Positions 8,661 to 18,499 of a stretch of DNA of 58,981 bases are shown piece by piece. Source of the stretch: an uncultured Rhodospirillaceae bacterium (GTDB taxonomy: Bacteria > Pseudomonadota > Alphaproteobacteria > UBA8366); the NCBI GenBank assembly GCA_964585785.1, contig CAZPFL010000004.1, positions 1-58,981 on the forward strand, read 5' to 3'. The notes under the pieces were generated by a model, which searched no databases, was not told where the DNA came from, and saw only the letters and a program-made list of their open reading frames with translations. A program made the translations under genes and the position numbers. Positions within the stretch are counted from its first letter, which is position 1. Each line of letters opens with the position of its first letter.

Positions 8661-9950
8661 TTAAAGTCCAGGCTTCTCGGCGGGCGGGCCGGCAGCGCCG
8701 TTGAGGTTCAGCTCGGGCTGAACCTCTTCCTGTCGCGGGTCCAGCTCGGAGACGGCGGGCGATGTACGGGGAACGGCGACGAAGGAGACTTGTTCCTCGA
8801 CGCTCGGCGGTGCAGTCCGACGCACGCGCCAGAATCCGAACAGGACGGTCGCCGCGGCAACCGCAGCGGTAAATAAGAAGAGCCCCTTGCCGTCGAACAG
8901 CGTGATGAGCTGTCCCGCGATCAGCGGGCCCGTCGCGGCGCCGACGCTGTAGAGCAGCAACATGCCGCTCGACAGGCTGACCAAATCCGCGTTGTTCGGA
9001 AGGCGATCCCCGGCATGCGCCAGGGAAAGTGGGTAAAGCGTGAAGCTGACGCCGCCGAACAGGGCGGCGCAGCTGAACAGCAAGATCGGCGCCGCGCTTG
9101 GTACGAACACGATGGCGACGCTCGCCAACGCCGTGCTTGCGGTGGCGCCAAGGATGACCGAGCGCCGGTCGATGCGGTCGGACAGAAGGCCGATCGGCCA
9201 TTGCAGCACGAGCCCGCCGAAAATCGCGGCGGCCATGAACAGCCCGGTCTCGCTTGGCGGCAAGCCGCGCATGACGGCAAACAACGGTCCCAGACCGTAG
9301 AAGGCACCGAGAATGACGCCCGACGTGATCGCGCCGACGACGGCCAGGGGAGAAAGGCTCGCCATCGCCGCGACGTTGAGTGGCGCCGGCGCGCTGACCT
9401 CCGGCGCCTGGGTGCGGGTCAGGACGATCGGAACAAGGCTCATGCCCAGCAGAACGGCGGCGATGGCGAAAAGCTCGAAGCCCGCGGGATCATAGGCGAA
9501 CAGCAGGAACTGGCCGCTGCCGAAGGCGCCGTAGAACACGATCATGTAGATGGCGAGCACCCGTCCACGCTGCGCGCTGCTCGCCACGGTGTTGAGCCAG
9601 CTCTCGATTACCAGCGTCAAACCGGCAAGGCAGGCGCCGGCCAAGGCGCGGATGAGGATCCACGCGGCGGGCCAGGGCGCCAGCGGCATCAGCAGCGACG
9701 TGGCCGAGAAGATCGCGGCGAAGCCGGCAAGCGCGCGAATCCGCCCGACGCGGTGGATAATCCGCGGGTTGAACCAGGCGCCGACGACCAGGCCCATGAA
9801 ATAACCCGTGGCGATCGCGCCGGTCACGCTAGCGGGCGCGCCGAGCTGCTCGGCGCGGATCGGCACCAGCGTGGTCAGCAGCCCGTGGCCGGCGACGAGA
9901 ATGGCTGTCCCGAGGAAGAGAGTCGCGAGCGGTGCGAGTATCGCCTGCAT
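8661..9950 (-). CDS. MFS transporter
   Basis: 429 aa with about 12 hydrophobic segments and an MFS loop motif (HRVGRIRAL, LSDRIDRR). Confidence 0.85.
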   Translation of the reverse strand: MQAILAPLATLFLGTAILVAGHGLLTTLVPIRAEQLGAPASVTGAIATGYFMGLVVGAWFNPRIIHRVGRIRALAGFAAIFSATSLLMPLAPWPAAWILIRALAGACLAGLTLVIESWLNTVASSAQRGRVLAIYMIVFYGAFGSGQFLLFAYDPAGFELFAIAAVLLGMSLVPIVLTRTQAPEVSAPAPLNVAAMASLSPLAVVGAITSGVILGAFYGLGPLFAVMRGLPPSETGLFMAAAIFGGLVLQWPIGLLSDRIDRRSVILGATASTALASVAIVFVPSAAPILLFSCAALFGGVSFTLYPLSLAHAGDRLPNNADLVSLSSGMLLLYSVGAATGPLIAGQLITLFDGKGLFLFTAAVAAATVLFGFWRVRRTAPPSVEEQVSFVAVPRTSPAVSELDPRQEEVQPELNLNGAAGPPAEKPGL

Positions 9951-10108
9951 GAAAAGAAGATTGCTGCGGCACGCGATATCGCTCTTTGCCGCCTATTCCT
10001 TTCCCGTCGGTCCGTGTCCGTCACCTGTTGTACCCGCGCGGGCGCAGAATATCTACGCCGCGTGCGCGTACGGGCTCCCTCAGCCTTCCCGCAACCTGGG
10101 CCGGAGGA

Positions 10109-10549
10109 TCAGAGCGGCATCGGAACGCCGGTGCTCACCAGCTCCGGGTCTTTCAGCCAGGAACGGTCTGCATCCTCGACGAAGACCTCGATCTCGTTGC
10201 CGTCCGGATCGGGAAAATAGATCGACTTCGTCACCGCGTGGTCACGAATTCGCCTGATCTTGACATTGTGGGATTCGAGCCAGCGCTTGGCCTCGCGCAG
10301 CTCGGCCATGGTGGTGCCGACCTTGAGGGCGAGATGGGCAAGGCCCGGCGCCGATTCCGGCGCATCCGGCGAGTCCGATCCGGTTTCGACCAGGGCAATA
10401 TCGTGATGATTGTCCCGGAAGATCAGGAAGGCCATGGGCCGGTCGTTGCGGGAGACTTCTTTCATGCCCAGGACCTCGGTATAGAAAGGCACCGACCGTT
10501 CAAGGTCGCGCACCTTGAGCACGATGTGGCCAATGGAATGGACCTTCAT
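10109..10549 (-). CDS. VOC (glyoxalase/bleomycin resistance/extradiol dioxygenase) family protein
   Basis: 146-aa product MKVHSIGHIVLKVRDLERSVPFYTEVLGM...IYFPDPDGNEIEVF. The ATG at 10549 is preceded by AAGGAGG. Confidence 0.8.
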   Translation of the reverse strand: MKVHSIGHIVLKVRDLERSVPFYTEVLGMKEVSRNDRPMAFLIFRDNHHDIALVETGSDSPDAPESAPGLAHLALKVGTTMAELREAKRWLESHNVKIRRIRDHAVTKSIYFPDPDGNEIEVFVEDADRSWLKDPELVSTGVPMPL

Positions 10550-10701
10550 CGACGTTTCCTCCTTGGAAACCTTTGCGTGCATTGCGCAAGGAAGTCTATC
10601 GCAGGAGGACCAGCGCTGTACACGGCGATGACGGCGCCGGTCATTGCCGGCCGGCGTTTTCCCGGTAAAATCCGGCGCCATCGCAATCGGGAGGGACGGC
10701 T

Positions 10702-11703
10702 ATGCCGGTGAAGCTCGGCCTCGTGCTGAAGACAAGCTGGACAGGCGGCGAAGCGCCGACGGCGCGGGTCGCCGCCCTGCTGGATCAGCTGCGGACGGCC
10801 CGTGACGCGGGGTTCGAATCGATCTGGCTGGCGCAGCATTTCGTAGGCGGGCCGGACAGCCATCTCCAGACCATCCCGTTGCTCGGGCGCCTCACGCCGG
10901 CGCTGGGCGGCCTCCGCATCGCGACCAGCATCATGCTGCTGCCGATGCTCAACCCGGTCCTGCTGGCCGAGGAGATGGCGACGCTCGACTGGCTCGCCGA
11001 CGGCCGCCTGATGCTGGGCGTTGGCCTCGGTTATCTCGACCGCGAGTATGCGGCGATGCAGACGCCCAAATCCGAGCGGGTGGGCCGCTTCGCCGAGGCG
11101 ATCGCGGTGATGCGCAAGTTGTGGAGCGGAGAGCGCGTAACGCATGAAGGACGGTATTTTCCGCTCCGCGATGTTCAGATCGGCATCAAGCCGAAGCAGC
11201 CGGGCGGGCCGCCCATCCTGATCGGCGCCGGGGTCGGGACCGCGATCAAGCGCGCGGCGCGGATCGGCGACGGCTGGCTCATTACCTTCGCCACCGACCG
11301 GCCGCAAGTGGCGAAACAGCTGGCGATGTATCGTGCCGAGCGCGCGGCCGCGGGCCTGCCGCCGGCGAAGGAACAGACGATCGGCCGGGACTGCTATGTC
11401 GGCGCGACAATGGCGGATGCGTTGGCCGATGCGGGCGGACCGCTGCTGAGCAAATACGAAGCCTACCGCAACCTCGCCAATGCCGGCCTGCAGGAAGGGC
11501 AGGTTGCCGCGCAGGGACGCGCCTTCATGCGGGACCGCTTTCTGGTCGGCGACGAGGCTTTCGTGCGGGACGAGATGCAGCGCTACCGCGACACGCTCGG
11601 CGTCGACCTGTTCCGCCTGCGGATGGAATGGGACGGGCTGGAGCAGGAGAAAGTGCTGCGGAGCATCGCGCGCCTCGGCCGCGCGGCAGAGGGAGTGCAC
11701 TGA
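10702..11703 (+). CDS. LLM-class (luciferase-like) flavin-dependent oxidoreductase
   Basis: 333 aa. FESIWLAQHF, LLAEEMATLDWLADGRLMLGVGLGY and the TIM-barrel LLM pattern. GGGAGG lies upstream of the ATG. Confidence 0.85.
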   Translation: MPVKLGLVLKTSWTGGEAPTARVAALLDQLRTARDAGFESIWLAQHFVGGPDSHLQTIPLLGRLTPALGGLRIATSIMLLPMLNPVLLAEEMATLDWLADGRLMLGVGLGYLDREYAAMQTPKSERVGRFAEAIAVMRKLWSGERVTHEGRYFPLRDVQIGIKPKQPGGPPILIGAGVGTAIKRAARIGDGWLITFATDRPQVAKQLAMYRAERAAAGLPPAKEQTIGRDCYVGATMADALADAGGPLLSKYEAYRNLANAGLQEGQVAAQGRAFMRDRFLVGDEAFVRDEMQRYRDTLGVDLFRLRMEWDGLEQEKVLRSIARLGRAAEGVH

Positions 11704-11707
11704 GCCC

Positions 11708-12631
11708 ATGACACGGCCTGATCATCGTTTTCGCCGCGCGTTGGCCGGCGTATTCGCCGCCTTCCTCCTGTTTGCCTGGTTCGTCCAGCCTGCCGCGGCG
11801 AAGGAGCACCGCCTCCATGGCCAGGGCCGGCTGTTCAAGGTGACGGCGGCGGGCGTCACGCCCAGCTATGTGTTCGGCACCATGCACTCGACCGATCCCG
11901 ACGTCCTGAAACTTCCGGCACCGGTGGCGCATGCCTTCGCGGCCAGCGGGCGGCTCATCCTGGAAATGGTCTTTACGCCCGACGTCGAGACGCGCATGAG
12001 CGAGGCGATGCGGCTGAAAGGCGGCCGGACCTTGGCGAAGATCGTCGGCCCAGAGATTTACGGCAAGCTGGTGAAGCGTGCGGCGGTGTACGGCCTGCCG
12101 GCGCAGCAGATGAACGGGCTTCAACCCTGGGCGGCGAGCATGATCTTCAGCGTGCCGGTCGCGGAGCTCAATCGCGAAGCCGCGGGCAAGCTCGCGCTCG
12201 ACCGCGCGCTGCAGCAGCAGGCGAACGCGCGCGGCATTCCGGTCTACGGCCTCGAATCGCTGAAGGAACAGATCGCGACATTTTCGGATTCCTCCGAGCG
12301 CGACCAGATCGACAACCTGCGCCTGACGCTCGACCTCAATCCGGAAATCGATTCAGCTTTCGCCGAGATGAAGAAGACCTATCTCGCCGGCGACCTCAGT
12401 GCGCTGCACAGCATGGTGAAGTCGATGTTTTCGGCGAAGGACGCGCATCTCGAACGGCAGTTCGATAAGGACTTCATCGAAAAGCGCAACAAGCGCATGG
12501 CGAACCGCTTGGCCCGGTATATCAAGCATGGCGGCGCCTTCGTCGCGATCGGCGCGCTGCACCTGTCCGGAAAGGACGGCGTCCTGCACCTGCTCGAGAT
12601 ACGCGGCTACACCGTTACCCGGGCCGACTAG
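11708..12631 (+). CDS. TraB/GumN family protein (secreted)
   Basis: 307-aa product with a signal peptide (MTRPDHRFRRALAGVFAAFLLFAWFVQPAAA), then LFKVTAAGVTPSYVFGTMHS and FVAIGALHLSGKDGVL, which are typical of GumN/TraB. Confidence 0.75.
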   Translation: MTRPDHRFRRALAGVFAAFLLFAWFVQPAAAKEHRLHGQGRLFKVTAAGVTPSYVFGTMHSTDPDVLKLPAPVAHAFAASGRLILEMVFTPDVETRMSEAMRLKGGRTLAKIVGPEIYGKLVKRAAVYGLPAQQMNGLQPWAASMIFSVPVAELNREAAGKLALDRALQQQANARGIPVYGLESLKEQIATFSDSSERDQIDNLRLTLDLNPEIDSAFAEMKKTYLAGDLSALHSMVKSMFSAKDAHLERQFDKDFIEKRNKRMANRLARYIKHGGAFVAIGALHLSGKDGVLHLLEIRGYTVTRAD

Positions 12632-12636
12632 CGCGC

Positions 12637-13548
12637 TTACGCCGCGAAGGTCGCCATGATCTCCTCGAAGGCCTTGAGCTGGCCGCCGGCAACGGAAGAC
12701 GGCACCAGGATCGGTGTGTTGATGCCGGCGTCGAACCACGCTTCCAGGCGGTCGCGCACCCGCGTCGCGGAGCCGAACAGAGTCACGTCGTCGAGCCAGC
12801 GGTCGCCCATGAGTGTCGACAGGTTGGAATTGTCGCCCGCCTCGATCGTTTTCTCGACCGCGTCGATCTCTTCGACATAGCCGGCTTCGCGCCAGTAATT
12901 CCGGTAATTCGGCAGCTCGAGGTAATGGATGAGCGTGCGCCGATTGACCGCCTTGGCCGCCTCGATGTCGTCGGAGATGCAGGTCGGCAGCATGTCGCCG
13001 ATGAAGAAGCTGTCCGACCGGCGTTTCGCCGCCGGCAGCATGCTCAGGGACTCCGGCATGTGCGACAGCGCGCCGTTGGCGAAGACGAGCCCGTCGCCGA
13101 GCTCGCCCGCGAGCGCGATCATCCGCTTGCGCAGGCCCGCGACGACGAGGGGCGGCTTGTCGCCGGTGCGCGGCGCGGCGCGATACTTCTCGATGAAGTC
13201 GCGTACGTCGGAGAGCGGCTTGCCGCCGGACACGCCCATGCGCGCGAGTGACGGTGCGTGGCTGACGCCGATACCGAAACGAAACCGGCCGCCGGAGACT
13301 TCATGGATGAAGGCAGTGGTGTTGGCGTAGTCGGCCGGCTGGCGGAAATAGATTGGCATGACCGCGGTGCCGAAATGGATGTGCTTCGTCGCGAAGGCGA
13401 GTGCCTCACAGAGCGACAGCGCGTCCAGCATGCTCGGGCTGTAGATCCCGGCGAAGCCGCGTTTTTCGATCTCCGCGGCGAGCTCGAGGGTGGCGTGGCG
13501 GCGGCCGGGCACCGCGACGAGGCTGACGGCTGGCATTTGCTTCGGCAT
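12637..13548 (-). CDS. LLM-class oxidoreductase (F420/flavin-dependent family)
   Basis: 303 aa. GFAGIYSPSMLDALSLCEALA and GGRFRFGIGVSHAP fit the LLM pattern. Confidence 0.8.
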   Translation of the reverse strand: MPKQMPAVSLVAVPGRRHATLELAAEIEKRGFAGIYSPSMLDALSLCEALAFATKHIHFGTAVMPIYFRQPADYANTTAFIHEVSGGRFRFGIGVSHAPSLARMGVSGGKPLSDVRDFIEKYRAAPRTGDKPPLVVAGLRKRMIALAGELGDGLVFANGALSHMPESLSMLPAAKRRSDSFFIGDMLPTCISDDIEAAKAVNRRTLIHYLELPNYRNYWREAGYVEEIDAVEKTIEAGDNSNLSTLMGDRWLDDVTLFGSATRVRDRLEAWFDAGINTPILVPSSVAGGQLKAFEEIMATFAA

Positions 13549-13581
13549 GATGGCGGTCTCCCTATCCTGACTTTATGTCTT

Positions 13582-14535
13582 CTATGCGCCCAGCACGCGC
13601 ACCGGCTTTCCCGCGAGCCAGGCTTGCACGTCCTCGAGGCTGTCCTTGTATCGGGCGATGAAGTTCTCGCGCGTGCGGCCGCCGATATGCGGCGTCACAA
13701 CGGTGTTCGGGAGCCGGCGCAGGGGATGGTCGGCCGGAAGCGGCTCCTGGTCGAAAACGTCGAGCCCCGCGCCGGCGATGACGCCAGCCTCGAGCGCGGC
13801 GATCAGCGCTTGCTCGTCGACGATCGGTCCGCGCGATGTGTTGACGAGCACAGCGGCCGGTTTCATCAGGCCGATCTCCCGCGCGCCGACGAGTCCGCGC
13901 GTCCGGCCGCTCAGCACGACATGAACGCTGAGCACGTCCGCGCGCCGGAACAGCTCGTCCTTGCCGACGGGCTCGACGCCGACTTCGGCGCAGCGTTCCG
14001 CCGTCAGGTTCTGGCTCCAGGCGATGACCTTCATGCCCATCGCCAGCCCGACCTTGGCGACGCCGGATCCAAGCTCGCCGAGGCCGAGCACGCCGAGCGT
14101 CTTGTCGGTCAGGCCGCCCGGCAGGCCGATGCCCCAGGCGCTGTCGCGAATGCCGCGGTCCTCGGTCGGGATACCCTTCGCGAGCGCGAGGATGAGCCCC
14201 CAGGCGAGCTCCACGGTTGCCTTCGGGAAGCCGTAGCCGGTGCCGCAGACGGTCACGCCGTGTGCCGCGAGCGCCGCCATGTCGAGCGCCGCGTTGCGCC
14301 GGCCGTGCGTCACCAGCAGCTTGAGCTTCGGCAGCCTCTCGATCAGCGTCCGGTCGAAGCGGGTCTCTTCGCGCGCGGTGACGATGATGTCGTAGGGCGC
14401 GAGCAGGGCTGCGCCTTCCGCGCCGCCGGGCGTGCGCTCATGCGTGATGTCGATCTCCATGTCGCGCGGCAGACTGCTCCAGTCGGCCGCCTCCCTGGCG
14501 AGCTTCTGATAGTCGTTGATGATCGCCAGGCGCAT
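13582..14535 (-). CDS. D-isomer-specific 2-hydroxyacid dehydrogenase family protein
   Basis: 317 aa with the NAD-binding GVLGLGELGSGVA, the catalytic region LVNTSRGPIVDE and a TPHIGG tail. Confidence 0.85.
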   Translation of the reverse strand: MRLAIINDYQKLAREAADWSSLPRDMEIDITHERTPGGAEGAALLAPYDIIVTAREETRFDRTLIERLPKLKLLVTHGRRNAALDMAALAAHGVTVCGTGYGFPKATVELAWGLILALAKGIPTEDRGIRDSAWGIGLPGGLTDKTLGVLGLGELGSGVAKVGLAMGMKVIAWSQNLTAERCAEVGVEPVGKDELFRRADVLSVHVVLSGRTRGLVGAREIGLMKPAAVLVNTSRGPIVDEQALIAALEAGVIAGAGLDVFDQEPLPADHPLRRLPNTVVTPHIGGRTRENFIARYKDSLEDVQAWLAGKPVRVLGA

Positions 14536-14538
14536 GGA

Positions 14539-16083
14539 TCAGATGACCACTTCGACGAGATAGGGGCCTTTGACGGCGAGCCCGCGCTCGAAGGCACGGC
14601 ACAGCTCGTCCGAGTCATGCGCCTTCTCCGCTTCCACGCCCATGCTGGCGGCCATGCTGACCCAGTCGATGTTGGGCCGGTCGAGGGTCAGCATGTCATG
14701 CGCCCGCGGGCCGGGGTTGCCCGCGCCGACATTCGCCAGCTCGCCCTTCAGGATGTTGTACGACCGGTTGGCGAAGACCAGCGTGGTCACGTCGAGGTTC
14801 TCGCGCGCCTGGGTCCACAGCGCCTGCACCGTGTACATGCCGCTGCCGTCGCCTTCCAGGCAAACGACCTTGCGGTCAGGGCAGGCGACCGCTGCGCCGG
14901 TGGCGAGCGGCATGCCGAGGCCGATCGAGCCGCCGCGGTTCTGCAGCCAGTCATGCGCCGGCGCGCCGGCGGTTAGCGGGTAGAAGCCGCGCCCGGTGGT
15001 GACGCTCTCGTCGGCGACGATCGCGTTTTCCGGCAGCAGCGCGCCGATGGCCGCGGCGATCGAGTCGAGGGTGAGCGGACCGGAGGGCCGGGGCGGGCGC
15101 GCCAATTTCTGCAGCTTGGCGGTGCCGGGCTTGGCGTTGACGGCCGCCGCCAGCGATTGCAGCGCGGCGGGGCAGTCCTGCTCCGGCAAGGCGAGGGTGA
15201 GGATCTCGCAACCCTCGGGCGCGAGCAGGCTCGGCATGCCGGGATAGGCGAAGAAACCCGCCGGCCGGCCGGCGCCGACCAGCACGATGCGCCGGTAGGG
15301 TTTGAGCACCTCCAGCGCCTGCGGCACCGGATAGGGGATGCGGTTGACCGGGAGCCGCCCGGCGCCCCGTTGCAGCCGGGCATTCATGCCTTCGGCCATC
15401 ACGGCACAGCCGGTCGCCGCGGCGATGGTACCCGCGGCCTCCAGCGGGGCCTCGAACAGCGCACCCGCGCCGAGCAGCAGCAGCGCCGGCTCACCGCTCT
15501 TCAACACGGCGGCCGCTTCGTCGATCAGCCGGCCGTCCACCGTCTCGGGCGCGGCGACCGCAGGCACCGCGCCGACCGCGCCGCCATCGCCCCAGGCCGT
15601 ATCGGCGGGCAGGATCAGGGTCGCGATCTGCCCCGGCGCGACATGCGCGGCGGCAATCGCTTCCGCGGCGCGCGCGCCGACCGAGGCCGCGTCGGGCGCC
15701 GCCTCGACCCAGTGCGAGACCGGGCGCGCGATGCCGGCGATATCGGAGGTGAGCGGCGTGTTGTACTGGATGTGATAGGTCGCGTGCTCGCCGACCACGT
15801 TGACGATGGGCGAGCGCGCCTTCTTGGCATTGTGCAGGTTGGCGAGCGCGTTGCCGAGGCCCGGCCCCAGATGCAGCAGGGTGGCGGCGGGCTTTCCGGT
15901 CATCCGGGCGTAGCCGTCGGCGGCGCCGCTGACGACGCCTTCGAACAGGCAGAGCACGCAGCGCATGCCCTCGATCTTGTCGAGCGCCGCCACGAAATGC
16001 ATCTCCGAGGTGCCCGGATTCGTGAAACAAACGTCGACGCCGCCCTTCAGCAGCGTATGCACCAGGCTTTCGGCTCCGTTCAT
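14539..16083 (-). CDS. Thiamine-diphosphate-dependent enzyme (acetolactate synthase large subunit / benzoylformate decarboxylase-like)
   Basis: 514 aa. N-terminal PYR domain (GAESLVHTLLKGGVDVCFTNPGTSEMHF) and a C-terminal ThDP motif (GDGSGMYTVQALWTQARENLDVTTLVFANRSYN). Confidence 0.85.
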   Translation of the reverse strand: MNGAESLVHTLLKGGVDVCFTNPGTSEMHFVAALDKIEGMRCVLCLFEGVVSGAADGYARMTGKPAATLLHLGPGLGNALANLHNAKKARSPIVNVVGEHATYHIQYNTPLTSDIAGIARPVSHWVEAAPDAASVGARAAEAIAAAHVAPGQIATLILPADTAWGDGGAVGAVPAVAAPETVDGRLIDEAAAVLKSGEPALLLLGAGALFEAPLEAAGTIAAATGCAVMAEGMNARLQRGAGRLPVNRIPYPVPQALEVLKPYRRIVLVGAGRPAGFFAYPGMPSLLAPEGCEILTLALPEQDCPAALQSLAAAVNAKPGTAKLQKLARPPRPSGPLTLDSIAAAIGALLPENAIVADESVTTGRGFYPLTAGAPAHDWLQNRGGSIGLGMPLATGAAVACPDRKVVCLEGDGSGMYTVQALWTQARENLDVTTLVFANRSYNILKGELANVGAGNPGPRAHDMLTLDRPNIDWVSMAASMGVEAEKAHDSDELCRAFERGLAVKGPYLVEVVI

Positions 16084-16266
16084 TGATGTCTCCCGTGACG
16101 ATCTTGTGGCTGGCGTTCGGTGTGCTTGTCTTTCGCCATATTAGGCGAGGCAATCGGGGAATGCCTAGCGGTGCTGCAAGCCGCTGACGCGATGGCCTTC
16201 GCCGCGGGCTTCCCGTATTCTCCGACTGCGCCGATCTTGCGCCTATCAGATTATCCGAGACCCGCC

Positions 16267-17340
16267 ATGACCCTCATCCTTTCCAATGAAGACATCGACC
16301 GGCTGCTGACCATGGGTGATTACGTCGACATCCTGGAAGACGCCTATCGCGAGCTGGCCGCCGGGCGCGGCGTGGTGCGGCCGCGGGCCGACAGCCTAGC
16401 CCCGACCAAGATGCCGGGCGCCGTCTACGGCCTCAAATCGGCCGACGGCGTCGCGCCGAAATTCGGCACCGCCGCCGTGCGTATCAATTCCGACATCATC
16501 ACCTACCCGGAGACCAACGGCGTGCCGCGCCGGGTGAAGGTGCCGGCCGCGCCGAACAAGCGCTGGGTCGGGCTCGTGCTCCTGTTCAGCACCGAGACGG
16601 GCGAGCCGCTGGCGATCTTCCCGGACGGCGCGATGCAGCGGATGCGAGTCGGCGCGACCAGTGGGTTGGGCGCGAAGTATCTCGCGCGCAAGGGCGCGCG
16701 GACGGCGGCGATCATCGGCTCGGGCTTCCAGGCGGGCGCGCAGCTCATGGCGATCGCCGCGGTGCGCGGCATCGAGCGGGTCCGCTGCTATAGCCCGAGC
16801 CGTGAGAACCGCGAAGCCTTCTGCCGCGAGTGGAGCGAAAAGCTGCGGCTCGACATTGCGCCGGCCGAGACCGCGGACGCGGCGGTCAAGGGCGCGGATG
16901 TCGTCGCGTGCTCGACCAGCGCGCTCGGTACCGTCTTCTTTGAAAAGTGGCTCGAGCCTGGCATGCATCTCAGCTCGATCAAGCTGCCGGAGATCGAGCC
17001 CGCCGCGGTCAACCGGGCCGATCTCGTCGTCATCCACAATCGCGAGGACAAGGCGCCGGTGCTGGAGACGAGCGATCTCCCCGACCTGAAGAAGATCTCG
17101 GGCAAGGATGGCGCGGTGAAGAAGGCAGTCGGCTTCGACACACTGCCGACCGTGTTCGATCTCATCGCCGGGAGGATGAAGGGCCGGACGTCGGATTCCC
17201 AGGTGACCTGCTTTCTCAACAACACCGGCACCGGCTACCAGTTTGCCGCCTGCGGCGCGGTTGCCTACCGGAAGGCGAAGGCGCAGGGCCTCGGCCATGA
17301 GCTGCCGACGGACTGGTTCACCGAGGACGTGCACCCGTAA
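16267..17340 (+). CDS. Ornithine cyclodeaminase / mu-crystallin family protein
   Basis: 357-aa product MTLILSNEDIDRLLTMGDYVDILEDAYRELAAG with the Rossmann motif AAIIGSGFQAGAQL. The ORF-track start at 16120 is probably too far upstream. Confidence 0.8.
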   Translation: MTLILSNEDIDRLLTMGDYVDILEDAYRELAAGRGVVRPRADSLAPTKMPGAVYGLKSADGVAPKFGTAAVRINSDIITYPETNGVPRRVKVPAAPNKRWVGLVLLFSTETGEPLAIFPDGAMQRMRVGATSGLGAKYLARKGARTAAIIGSGFQAGAQLMAIAAVRGIERVRCYSPSRENREAFCREWSEKLRLDIAPAETADAAVKGADVVACSTSALGTVFFEKWLEPGMHLSSIKLPEIEPAAVNRADLVVIHNREDKAPVLETSDLPDLKKISGKDGAVKKAVGFDTLPTVFDLIAGRMKGRTSDSQVTCFLNNTGTGYQFAACGAVAYRKAKAQGLGHELPTDWFTEDVHP

Positions 17341-17389
17341 GAAAGGGTCGCGGCCGCATCCCGGGCGCTCGACGATTCTGGAGGAGCCA

Positions 17390-18499
17390 ATGGATCCTTC
17401 CCTAGCCGTTTCGATCGTGCTCGTCGGCGCGGCTGTCATCGCGTTCGAAGTCGGGATATCCAGCGCCATCGTCGAGGTCTTCGCGGGCGTCGCCCTGGCG
17501 TATTTCATCAAGGATATCGGCTCGCTCGGCTGGCTCCAGTTTCTCGCCAATCTTGGGATGCTCGGGCTCATGTTCATGGCCGGGTTCGAGGTCGACCCGC
17601 AACGACTGCGCCGCAGCTGGCGGGCCAGTGTCGCGATTGGCGTCTGTTCGTTGCTCCTGCCGATGGCAGGCGTGTTCCTGATTTGCTTCTACGGCTTCGG
17701 CTTGGCGCTGAATGTGGCCGGCCTAGTGGCCATCGGCCTGTCCACGACCTCGCTGGCGCTGGTCTATCACGCGCTGAAGGACCGGGGCATGCTGGAGAGC
17801 GACACCGGTCAGGCGTTGCTCGCCGCGGCTTCCGTCGTCGATGTGCTGAGCATGATCGCGCTCGCGCTGCTGCTGGGCGAGGTCGGCTGGGGGACGGCGC
17901 TGTTCCTGGTCGTCGTCATTCCGACGGTCATCGGGCTGCCGCATTTGGGTAAATGGGTTTTCAGCCGGTACAAGGGATCACTGGTCGAATTCGAGTTGCG
18001 CTTCATGCTGGTGCTGCTGGTCGGCATGGGCTTCATGGCGGAAAACGTCGGCGGCATCCATCCGGCGATCATCGCGTTCTGTCTCGGCATCGTCATGTCG
18101 GGGGTCATGGAGGAGCATGAGGCGCTGGAGGAGAAGCTGAAGGGGATCGTGTTCAGCTTGTTCGCGCCGGTGTTTTTTCTCCAGGCGGGCGCGCAGCTCG
18201 ACGTGCGGCTGCTGACGCTCGACATGTTGGGTATCGCGGTGGTGTTGTTCGTCACCGCGTGCGGGCTCAAATTCATCGGCAGCGCGTTGCCGGCGCGTTT
18301 CTTGTTGAAGACCAGCGGGCGGTTTATCGGTCTTTTGTTCAATTACCGGCTCAGCTTCGGAATCATCGCCGCATCAGTCGGATTGAAGACCGGCGTGCTG
18401 AGCGAAGGCTTCTACGCGGTGATCCTGCTCGTCGTCATGGGCAGCGCGGCGTTGCCGGTGATCTTCCTGCACGACCGGCCGGCGGAGCTCGACCGTTAG
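17390..18499 (+). CDS. Cation:proton antiporter (CPA-type, membrane domain only)
   Basis: 369 aa, strongly hydrophobic. GMLGLMFMAGFEVD matches the Na+/H+ exchanger family pattern. The start is taken at MDPSLAVSIVLVG. Confidence 0.8.
   Translation: MDPSLAVSIVLVGAAVIAFEVGISSAIVEVFAGVALAYFIKDIGSLGWLQFLANLGMLGLMFMAGFEVDPQRLRRSWRASVAIGVCSLLLPMAGVFLICFYGFGLALNVAGLVAIGLSTTSLALVYHALKDRGMLESDTGQALLAAASVVDVLSMIALALLLGEVGWGTALFLVVVIPTVIGLPHLGKWVFSRYKGSLVEFELRFMLVLLVGMGFMAENVGGIHPAIIAFCLGIVMSGVMEEHEALEEKLKGIVFSLFAPVFFLQAGAQLDVRLLTLDMLGIAVVLFVTACGLKFIGSALPARFLLKTSGRFIGLLFNYRLSFGIIAASVGLKTGVLSEGFYAVILLVVMGSAALPVIFLHDRPAELDR

Noticed and set aside
16267-17340. A possible link between the OCD-family gene and hydroxyectoine catabolism (EutC is OCD-like), given the ect cluster 9 kb away.
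   Set aside because: No EutD/DoeA (M24 hydrolase), EutE/DoeB (deacetylase), EutA or EutB homologues lie in the window. Its neighbours are a ThDP enzyme, a 2-hydroxyacid dehydrogenase and an LLM oxidoreductase, so there is no support for an ectoine-degradation role.
10546-17577. Several 260-570-aa ORFs overlapping called genes on the opposite strand or in another frame (10546..11709 minus, 13258..14976 plus, 15157..16086 plus, 16396..17577 minus).
   Set aside because: Each overlaps a gene with clear family signatures (LLM, 2-hydroxyacid dehydrogenase, ThDP enzyme, OCD). Their own translations are Arg/Gly/His/Asp-rich with no motifs.
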